Below, piece after piece: positions 1 through 7,033 of a stretch of 50,635 nt of DNA (position 1 is its first letter; every line of letters begins with the position of its first letter). The DNA comes from Planctomycetota bacterium (GTDB lineage: Bacteria; Planctomycetota; Planctomycetia; Planctomycetales; Planctomycetaceae), in assembly GCA_963578885.1 (NCBI GenBank), contig CAUZEQ010000001.1, positions 1 to 50,635 on the forward strand. The letters run 5' to 3'. The notes under the pieces were generated by a model. The model saw only the letters and a program-made list of their open reading frames with translations, did no database searches and was not told where the DNA came from. A program made the translations under genes and the position numbers.

Positions 1-2
1 CC

Positions 3-431
3 GACGGCAGGGTGCTGATCTACGAGGACCGGTTGTTCACTCCCTACGGCCTGCACGGCTACGACAGCGGCAACGCCTTCTACGGCACCGACGGGTACAT
101 GATCTTCTCGCGACGTGGAGCCTTCAGCACGTTCCTGGGCCCCAAGGGGAAGCCGGGACCGACCGAACCGAAGGAGACGCGGACCCAGAGAGGCTACGCG
201 CCCCACATGGCCAACTTCCTCGAATCGGTCCGCTCACGGAACTTCAAGACTCGAGCCACGGCCGAAATCGGACACCTCTCCTGCAGCCTCGTCCACCTCG
301 GCGAAGTCGCCTACCGCACCCGAGGACGACTCGACTTCGACCCGAAGACCCAGGCATTCACCAACGCACCCGACGCCACACGGATGCTGACCAAGGACTA
401 CCGCAAGGGATACGAATTGCCCGACGTCTAG
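3..431 (+). CDS. Gfo/Idh/MocA-family oxidoreductase, C-terminal fragment (5' end lies outside the window)
   Basis: The frame is open from base 3, with no stop upstream of the GTG at 12, so the gene enters from the left edge. The C-terminal sequence YGTDGYMIF...HMANFLESVRSR...GHLSCSLVHLGEVAYR fits the C-terminal domain pattern of planctomycetal Gfo/Idh/MocA oxidoreductases. Stop TAG at 429-431. Confidence 0.7.
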   Translation, partial: DGRVLIYEDRLFTPYGLHGYDSGNAFYGTDGYMIFSRRGAFSTFLGPKGKPGPTEPKETRTQRGYAPHMANFLESVRSRNFKTRATAEIGHLSCSLVHLGEVAYRTRGRLDFDPKTQAFTNAPDATRMLTKDYRKGYELPDV

Positions 432-503
432 ACGATGCGACGATGGTGTTGAGTCGACCGGCAGTGAAAGGATAGACTGATGGATCAGCCACACCCGATG
501 CAT

Positions 504-581
504 GACTACAGGGTCTGACTACAGGGTCTGACTACAGGGTCTGACTACAGGGTCTGACTACAGGGTCTGACTACAGGGTCT
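504..581. repeat. Perfect tandem repeat, 13-bp unit GACTACAGGGTCT x6
   Basis: Read directly from the sequence. Six identical head-to-tail copies occupy 504-516, 517-529, 530-542, 543-555, 556-568 and 569-581. The array is intergenic and ends 39 bp upstream of the ATG at 621. Confidence 0.95.
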
Positions 582-620
582 AGCACCCTTGGCTTTTTCA
601 CCCCGAGTGAGAATCGTTCG

Positions 621-2090
621 ATGACCGTTCATCGCTCACCCGTCCTCGCCGCCCATCCCCGCTTCTCCAGGCGAACAGCGGTTCAGGCCGGTGCCATCGG
701 GCTGCTGGGACTCGGAGGCAACCACCTGAGTGCCCTGCGGGCCGAAGGCGGCAAGGCGTCGGCGGCACGGCGGCACAAGTCGGTGATCTACCTGTTCCTC
801 TCGGGTGGACTGGCCCAGCATGAGAGCTTCGACATGAAGCCGGATGCGCCGGATCGCATCCGCGGCGAGTTCCTGCCGATCGACACCTCGGTCCCGGACA
901 TCCGCATCTGCGAGCACCTGCCGCGGTTGGCCCGGATCGCCGACAAATGGGCTCTGCTCCGCTCGCTGACTCACCCCTACAACGAACACTCCCAGGGCCA
1001 CGCCGCGATGCTGACGGGGATGACCCCCCGCGGCCGCGGATTCAGCGGCAGCAAGCCCCAGGCGACCGATTACCCCTGCATCGCCAGCGTCGTCGGCAGG
1101 CAGATGCCTCGCAACAACAACCTGCCTCCGGCGGTGGTGTTGCCCGAGAGACTGGTGCACGTGACCGGCCGGGTCATCCCCGGGCAGTTCGGCGGGCTGA
1201 TGGGTCCCGAGCACGACCCGTGGTTCATCGAGGCCAGCCAGTTCCGCTCGAGCCAGTACTACCACGGAGCGTTTCCCGAGTACGGGTTCCACCGCACCAC
1301 CGGAGCCCACACTCCCGAAAACTACCGCTTCGCCGCCCCCAGCTTCTCGCTGCCGCCGGGCGTGCTCGCACCGCGATTCAAGAACCGGGTCGGCCTGCTC
1401 GAAACCATCGACGCGCAGCGCAAGCACCTCGATCGCACTGTCGCTGTCGGCAGCTTCGACCGGTACCGCCAGGAGGCGGTCTCGCTGCTGCTCGACGGGG
1501 GAGTCCACAAGGCGCTCGATATCCACTCGGCACCCGACAAGATCCAGGACCGCTACGGGCGGAACAGTTTTGGCTGGAGTTGCCTGATGGCCTGCCAGCT
1601 GGTCGAGGCGGGTGTCAGCCTGATCCAGCTCAACCTCGGCAACAACGAGTCGTGGGACACTCACGAGGCCTGCTTCCGGAATATGCGCGAGTACCTGCTG
1701 CCGCCGACGGACCGGGCGGTGGCGGCGCTGATCGAGGATCTTGATGATCGAGGACTACTCGAGGACACGCTGATCGTGATGGCGGGCGAATTCGGCCGGA
1801 CTCCCAAGATCGTTCCCTCCAGCCGCACCAAGACACCCGGCCGCGATCACTGGGGTCCGGTGCAGACGGTGTTCTTTGCCGGAGGCGACGTGCGAGGCGG
1901 TACAGTGGTGGGAAGCACCGACAGGATCGGAGGCTACCCGGTGTCCAACACGTACAAGCCCGAGAACATGGCGGCGACCATCTACGAACACCTCGGGATC
2001 CCACGGACCGCCGCGTGGTACGACAAGCTCGAACGCCCGCACCAGATCTACTACGGTGAACCGATCGTCGAGCTGAAGCAGGGAGCGTGA
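621..2090 (+). CDS. DUF1501 domain protein (sulfatase-like fold), Tat signal
   Basis: Twin-arginine N-terminus (FSRRTAVQAGAIGLLGL). Typical DUF1501 blocks are present: SVIYLFLSGGLAQHESFDMKPDAP, IRGEFLPIDTSVPDIRICEHLP, LLRSLTH and GEFGRTPK...GRDHW. ATG start. Confidence 0.88.
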   Translation: MTVHRSPVLAAHPRFSRRTAVQAGAIGLLGLGGNHLSALRAEGGKASAARRHKSVIYLFLSGGLAQHESFDMKPDAPDRIRGEFLPIDTSVPDIRICEHLPRLARIADKWALLRSLTHPYNEHSQGHAAMLTGMTPRGRGFSGSKPQATDYPCIASVVGRQMPRNNNLPPAVVLPERLVHVTGRVIPGQFGGLMGPEHDPWFIEASQFRSSQYYHGAFPEYGFHRTTGAHTPENYRFAAPSFSLPPGVLAPRFKNRVGLLETIDAQRKHLDRTVAVGSFDRYRQEAVSLLLDGGVHKALDIHSAPDKIQDRYGRNSFGWSCLMACQLVEAGVSLIQLNLGNNESWDTHEACFRNMREYLLPPTDRAVAALIEDLDDRGLLEDTLIVMAGEFGRTPKIVPSSRTKTPGRDHWGPVQTVFFAGGDVRGGTVVGSTDRIGGYPVSNTYKPENMAATIYEHLGIPRTAAWYDKLERPHQIYYGEPIVELKQGA

Positions 2091-3535
2091 TGAGTCGAGT
2101 CGATCCCCACTCGCCGATCGCACAGGCACTCTCACGACGTACGTTGCTCGTCGCCGGAGCCACCGGGATCTATGGACTCGATGCCGCACGGTTGCAGGCG
2201 GCCCGCGGAGACCAGCCCACCGCCACGCCCGGCCAACGCCCGGCCCGCTCGACCATCCTCATCTGGCTCTCAGGCGGCACGTCGCACATCGACACCTTCG
2301 ACCTGAAACCCAAGGCCGCCCGCGAGTTCCGGGGCCCGTTTCAACCGATCGCCACCTCGGCACCGGGAGTCGAGATCAGCGAACACCTGCCGATGCTGGC
2401 CCGCCAGGCCCATCACTGTGCCATCATCCGCTCGCTGGGACACTTTCGCCGCGGCACCGGAGACCACCACGCCGGCTACTATTACAACCTCACCGGCCGG
2501 GCTCCCGATGACAGCTTCCGCAAACTGCTGAACTCGCGGACCCCGAGGAAAACCGACTGGCCGTTCATCGGCAGCGTCGTCGGCCAGCAGATGCCGCCGC
2601 ACCCCTACCTGCCCCAGGCGGTCTCGCTGCCCCAGAAGCCCGGTGCACCTCAGTACACACGACCCGGCCAGTTCGCCGCCAACCTCGGCATCATAAACGA
2701 CCCGGTCTACGTCTACGGCGATCTCGACAAGCCACTGAAGTTCACCGCGCCCGCCCTGTCACTCAATGGCGACATCACCCTCGATCGACTCAAGCACCGA
2801 CGTGGACTGCTCGAAACGCTCGACACCGCCACCCGACGTGTCGACAACTCACACGCCATCGTCGACTGGACGACGCACCAGCAACGAGCCTTCAGCTTCC
2901 TCGGCTCGCAGGCCACCAAGGACGCCTTCGATATCGCGTCGGAACCGCAGTCGGTCCGAGACCGCTACGGGGACGATCTGAACGCGATGAGCATGCTGAT
3001 GGCCCGGCGACTGGTCGAGGCCGGTGTGCCGTTCGTGTCGGTCTTCTGGAAAGGCGACAAGAAAGCGGCCGAGAAGCTCAACTGCAAGAGCGGTGGTGGC
3101 TGGGATACTCATGGCAACAACTTCGTCTGCCTCGAAAAGTACCTGCTGCCACGATTCGATCGCCCGTTCTCGGCACTGATCGAAGACCTCGACGATCGAG
3201 GACTACTCGATCAGACGCTGCTGATGGTCAACAGCGAGATGGGCCGGAAGCCCAAGATCGGCGACCCTCGATCCGGAGGCGTCAGCGGTCAGGGCCGCGA
3301 CCACTGGACGCATGCCCAAAGTATCCTGCTGGCCGGTGGAGGCATCCGAGGCGGGCAGGTCTATGGCACCTCCGACAAGGTCGGGGCCTACCCCGCCGAC
3401 AAACCGGTCGCTCCCGAAGACGTCGCCAAGACCGTCTACCACGCCATGGGACTGGGCAACCCCGAAGCGATCGACAGCGAGGGCCGACCCTACCGGATCC
3501 TCGAAGAAGGCGAACCGCTGACCGAGCTGTTTTAG
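2090..3535 (+). CDS. DUF1501 domain protein, tandem paralog, Tat signal
   Basis: Contains LSRRTLLVAGATGIYGL, STILIWLSGGTSHIDTFDLKPKA, FRGPFQPIATSAPGVEISEHLP, SEMGRKPK and GRDHW. The ATG at 2090 overlaps the upstream TGA (TGATG). The ORF track starts at the GTG at 2087, which is equally possible. Confidence 0.87.
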   Translation: MSRVDPHSPIAQALSRRTLLVAGATGIYGLDAARLQAARGDQPTATPGQRPARSTILIWLSGGTSHIDTFDLKPKAAREFRGPFQPIATSAPGVEISEHLPMLARQAHHCAIIRSLGHFRRGTGDHHAGYYYNLTGRAPDDSFRKLLNSRTPRKTDWPFIGSVVGQQMPPHPYLPQAVSLPQKPGAPQYTRPGQFAANLGIINDPVYVYGDLDKPLKFTAPALSLNGDITLDRLKHRRGLLETLDTATRRVDNSHAIVDWTTHQQRAFSFLGSQATKDAFDIASEPQSVRDRYGDDLNAMSMLMARRLVEAGVPFVSVFWKGDKKAAEKLNCKSGGGWDTHGNNFVCLEKYLLPRFDRPFSALIEDLDDRGLLDQTLLMVNSEMGRKPKIGDPRSGGVSGQGRDHWTHAQSILLAGGGIRGGQVYGTSDKVGAYPADKPVAPEDVAKTVYHAMGLGNPEAIDSEGRPYRILEEGEPLTELF

Positions 3536-3544
3536 CCACCCCCA

Positions 3545-3595
3545 GGGACTGGCTCCAGAGCCACGCCTCTGGCGGGGCGCCGGTGCCTGTCCCGG
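3545..3595 (+). repeat. GC-rich hairpin repeat, family A (GGGACTGGCTCC...GGTGCCTGTCCC), long form
   Basis: Begins 10 nt after the TAG stop at 3533-3535. The 12-nt termini can pair at 10 of 12 positions. Related copies lie at 3619-3670 (inverted), 12954-12996, 16053-16100 and 50550-50599. Confidence 0.85.
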
Positions 3596-3618
3596 ACTCT
3601 GATAGCCGGTTCCCACAA

Positions 3619-3670
3619 CCGGGACAGGCACCTCCGCCCCGCCCGAGGGCGGGGCTGCGGAGCCAGTCCC
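3619..3670 (-). repeat. GC-rich hairpin repeat, family A, inverted copy
   Basis: The reverse complement reads GGGACTGGCTCCGCAGCCCCGCCCTCGGGCGGGGCGGAGGTGCCTGTCCCGG, closely matching 3545-3595. It ends 2 nt from the stop (3673-3675) of the minus-strand cytochrome gene, so it has the same orientation relative to that gene. Confidence 0.85.
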
Positions 3671-3672
3671 AC

Positions 3673-5544
3673 TCACCGCATCCGCTTGCGGATCTGCTCG
3701 AAAATCCGCTCCTGCTCCTGGGCCTCCTTCACCCGACCCGCCGTGCGGTAGAACCGGGCAAGGGCCTGCCTGAGCTCCAGCACCGTGGGATCCTTCGACA
3801 GGCCGAGCTCGGCCACCCGGATCGCTTCATCCAGCTTCCCCGACGCCGCCAGCATGTCGGCACACGGACCGTGGGCCTTGCCGTCATGCGGGTTCAATAC
3901 CATCAGACGCCGGAAGTAACGGCCCCCCGAGTCGTCCCTGCCCGAATAGGCGATCAGGCCCAGAAAGGTCAGGTACGGCTCGAAATCAGGACGCTCCTGC
4001 AATGACCGCTCCAACTCCCGCTTCGCAGCTGACATGTTGCCCAACCGGAACCAGGCATAGCCCAACTTGCCGCGGATCTCGGTGTCCGTGGCATCGCGGG
4101 CGAGGACCTGTTGGAGCTGCTTGCGGACCCGGCCGAGAAGACGAATGTCACCGGTGTCGTTGGCCTGCCGCAGCCAGGCCAACGCATCGGCCCGGCGACG
4201 CTCCTCACGCGTAAGCAACGTCGCCATTTCCTCAAACGGCTGCCAGACACGACCCGCTCGTTCCTGCTCCATCTGCTCCAGCGGCCGAGTTTCCGAGGCG
4301 TGACGCACCACGCGGTGGTCGGCCTGGGTCGTGTGAGCCACGTCGCTGGAATGCAAGCTGGGCATGTGGCAGGCAATGCACGATCCGGCCGCCGGCGGCC
4401 GTTGCTGCTCGGCTTCGGGCAACCCGCAGCCCCGCTCCTGGTGGCAGCTGTTGCAGCGGGCCTTGTAGAACGAAGCCCGCTCGGCGGCCGATGGAACCCG
4501 GTGTGGATCGTGACAGCTCGTGCAACGCATCGCCTCGCCGGACTCCTGGAAACACCGGCTCGAGTGCATCTGCTCGACGTGGCTGGTGAACAGCGGACGA
4601 CCCTCGTCGTCGAATGGCGTCTCGGCCACATAGACCGTCCAGGTCTTGCCCAGCAACTCACCCGGCCGGAAATCGGCAAAATCCACCCCCTGTTTCAGCA
4701 CACGGATCTTGCCCTCGAGGTGGCACTGGTTGCAGATGTCGGCCTGCTGCTGGTCGGCCAGGCTCGCAGGATTCACGATCAAGGGATCCTCATGGCCGTC
4801 CCCGGGCGAGGACCGGTAGAGCTCGGAGTGACGGCCGCCGGGGCCGTGACACCGCTCGCAACCGATCGCCGCCTCGTGAAACGGCTTCTCGGCCACGAAG
4901 CGATCCTCGCCAGAAGCCGGTGCCGTGCGGCCCGAATGACATGCCAGGCAGTTGTCGCCCAGCCGTTTCTGAAAGCGATAGTGCTCCTCGGGAGGATAAC
5001 CGGGCGAAAGACCCCAACTGGTCGTCTGGCTGTACCAGGTGATCGGCGACTCGAACAGCAATCCCCCACGCTGCAACACGTAACCGCGACCCTTGACCCC
5101 GGCACCAATCACGAACTGCACCGACTCGGCCTGGTCGTAAAGCACCTTGCCGTCATCGTCGTACATGATCTCGTGGTGGATCACCTCGCCATCACGCCGC
5201 TCGACGCGGTAGGTCCTCTCACCGGCCGTGAACCGGTCCTTCCCGCCACCAAACGTCTCGATCTGGGAGACCTCACCAATCGGCTGCATCGTGCGAGCCA
5301 TCGGGTGCCGTGAAAACGTGTCGGCGATCCCCGGGTGACACTCGGCACACGCACGGCTACCCACAAAATCACTCGCCTTGCGAGTCTCACCTCCACCGGC
5401 TCCACCGGCCCCGTTGTCCTCAACAGCCCGGTCGCGATCCCAGACCGCCCAGACCGCGAATGCGACGATGGCCAGTACGGCCACCAGCATCCCGGCCCGT
5501 GGCATCCGCCTGGTCGAAGTGTCGTCTGTCGATGTGCTGTTCAC
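3673..5544 (-). CDS. Multiheme c-type cytochrome (7 CXXCH) fused to C-terminal TPR repeats, N-terminal membrane anchor
   Basis: Seven heme-binding motifs can be read in the translation: CAECH, CLACH, CERCH, CNQCH, CTSCH, CNSCH and CIACH. There is a hydrophobic N-terminus (AGMLVAVLAIVAFAVWAVW) and a TPR-like C-terminal third. The start is GTG at 5544, or alternatively ATG at 5505. Confidence 0.85.
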   Translation of the reverse strand: MNSTSTDDTSTRRMPRAGMLVAVLAIVAFAVWAVWDRDRAVEDNGAGGAGGGETRKASDFVGSRACAECHPGIADTFSRHPMARTMQPIGEVSQIETFGGGKDRFTAGERTYRVERRDGEVIHHEIMYDDDGKVLYDQAESVQFVIGAGVKGRGYVLQRGGLLFESPITWYSQTTSWGLSPGYPPEEHYRFQKRLGDNCLACHSGRTAPASGEDRFVAEKPFHEAAIGCERCHGPGGRHSELYRSSPGDGHEDPLIVNPASLADQQQADICNQCHLEGKIRVLKQGVDFADFRPGELLGKTWTVYVAETPFDDEGRPLFTSHVEQMHSSRCFQESGEAMRCTSCHDPHRVPSAAERASFYKARCNSCHQERGCGLPEAEQQRPPAAGSCIACHMPSLHSSDVAHTTQADHRVVRHASETRPLEQMEQERAGRVWQPFEEMATLLTREERRRADALAWLRQANDTGDIRLLGRVRKQLQQVLARDATDTEIRGKLGYAWFRLGNMSAAKRELERSLQERPDFEPYLTFLGLIAYSGRDDSGGRYFRRLMVLNPHDGKAHGPCADMLAASGKLDEAIRVAELGLSKDPTVLELRQALARFYRTAGRVKEAQEQERIFEQIRKRMR

Positions 5545-5566
5545 GTACCTGCCCGATTACCCTTGT

Positions 5567-7021
5567 CTATGCCAGCAGCCCGGAGATCACTCGGGCCCCG
5601 GTCAAGGACGGATCGGTCAGAGTCTCCTCGCGACCGGCGTGCTCGTAGACCAGGGATTCGTGATCCAGTCCCAGCTGCTGCAGCACGGTGGCGTGGAAGT
5701 CGGCCACACTGACCCTCTGGTGGGCCGCCGCGTAACCCACCTCGTCGGTCGCCCCGTGAACGTACCCGGCCTTGAAGCCGCCCCCGGCCACCAGCAGGCT
5801 GAAGGCGTTGCGGTTGTGGTCGCGGCCGGTGCCGTTTTGAGAGACCGGCAGCCGACCGAACTCGCCGGACCACACGACGATCGTCTCGTCGAGCAAACCC
5901 CGCTGCTTCAGGTCGGTGACCAGGCCGGCCGTCGGCAGGTCGCAGTTGGCACAGATTCCAGACAGGTTCTTGCGGGTGCCGCTGTGAGTGTCCCAGGGCT
6001 GGAACGGCTTGGGGTGAATCTGCACAAACCGCACACCCGCCTCGACCAGCTTGCGAGCCATCAGACAACGCCGGCCGTAGGGCTCCGTCGTCTTGTTGTC
6101 CAACCCGTAGAGCCTGGCGGTGACGGCGGTTTCGTTGGAAATGTCCAGCACGTCGGCCGCCTCCAGCTGCATCCGAGCGGCCAGCTCGTAGTTCTGGATC
6201 CGAGCCTCCAGCTCGTCCTCGCCGGGCAATCGACGCTGGTGGATCCGGTTGAGCCGGTTCAGGAAATCGAGATTGTTGCGCTGCTCCGTCGCACTCACCG
6301 GCAACGCCGACTTGAGGTTCAGTACCGGGGTCCCGCTGCTGGAAAACTCGGTACCCCGGTACCGGGCCGGCAACCAGCCGTTGGTCCAGGTCAGAGTCCC
6401 ACTGGTGTTGTAGCCCGACGGATCCCGCAACACGACGTAGCCCGGCAGACTGTTGTTCTCGGTCCCCAACCCGTAACTGACCCACGCTCCCAACGCCGGG
6501 CGATCCTGGAAGATCTTCCCGGTCATGAACATCACCAAGGCCTCGGTGTGATTGTTGTGACCGGTGTGCATCGACCGCACCAGCGTCATGTCGTCGATCA
6601 CGCTGCCGATGCCCGGGATGATCTCGGAAAGCTCAATGCCCGAAGCCCCGTAATTCCGGAACCGGAACGGAGTGTTCATCAGCTTGTTCTGCTCGCTGCC
6701 CGACTGGAACATCTCGACCTTGATCGAGTGCTGCTTGCCGTTGAACTTCTCGAGAGCCGGCTTGCGCTCGAAGAGATCCATCTGGCTGGGGCCGCCGTTC
6801 TGCATCATCAGGATGACCGACTTGGCACGAGGCCGGACGTGAGGTGCCAGGGCCGAATCACCCGAATCGGCACGCAAACGGCTCGAGGAATCGGCCAGCA
6901 GGGCCTTCAAGGCCAGCCCGCCGAATCCCAGGCTGCCCAGCTCGAGCATCCGGCGGCGGGACATCGGCAGAGACCCGCCGCGGTCGGTCGATGAATGAAA
7001 AGAGAACGACATCGGGATCAC
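5567..7021 (-). CDS. DUF1501 domain protein, Tat signal
   Basis: Contains MSRRRMLELGSLGFGGLAL, KSVILMMQNGGPSQMDLFERKP, VRSMHTGHNNH, GEFGRLP and GRDHN. The alternative start ATG at 6964 gives a cleaner Tat N-terminus. The gene lies 12 nt downstream of the DUF1553 gene. Confidence 0.87.
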   Translation of the reverse strand: MIPMSFSFHSSTDRGGSLPMSRRRMLELGSLGFGGLALKALLADSSSRLRADSGDSALAPHVRPRAKSVILMMQNGGPSQMDLFERKPALEKFNGKQHSIKVEMFQSGSEQNKLMNTPFRFRNYGASGIELSEIIPGIGSVIDDMTLVRSMHTGHNNHTEALVMFMTGKIFQDRPALGAWVSYGLGTENNSLPGYVVLRDPSGYNTSGTLTWTNGWLPARYRGTEFSSSGTPVLNLKSALPVSATEQRNNLDFLNRLNRIHQRRLPGEDELEARIQNYELAARMQLEAADVLDISNETAVTARLYGLDNKTTEPYGRRCLMARKLVEAGVRFVQIHPKPFQPWDTHSGTRKNLSGICANCDLPTAGLVTDLKQRGLLDETIVVWSGEFGRLPVSQNGTGRDHNRNAFSLLVAGGGFKAGYVHGATDEVGYAAAHQRVSVADFHATVLQQLGLDHESLVYEHAGREETLTDPSLTGARVISGLLA

Positions 7022-7033
7022 ATCGCTGATGGT

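Noticed and set aside
504-581. Possible CRISPR array or micro-CRISPR.
   Set aside because: The 13-bp units are directly adjacent with no spacers, and no cas genes are present. This is a simple tandem repeat.
636-1664. Long antisense or off-frame ORFs throughout the window. Examples: 636-1664(-), 947-1744(+), 4111-5313(+), 5378-6994(+), 9633-10751(+), 13112-14248(-), 14621-16378(-), 16498-17754(+), 21263-22639(-), 25553-26656(+), 31876-32847(-), 36192-37502(-), 41949-43178(-), 44885-46246(-), 46313-47269(-), 48397-50025(-).
   Set aside because: Each lies entirely inside, and opposite to or out of frame with, an ORF that has clear family motifs. Their translations are Arg/Gly/Pro/Ala-rich with no recognisable motifs, as expected for shadow ORFs in GC-rich DNA where stop codons are rare.
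3583-4005. ORF 3583-4005(+), 140 aa, starting in the repeat-filled gap.
   Set aside because: Its N-terminus is encoded by the family-A repeat, and the rest is antisense to the TPR region of the cytochrome gene.
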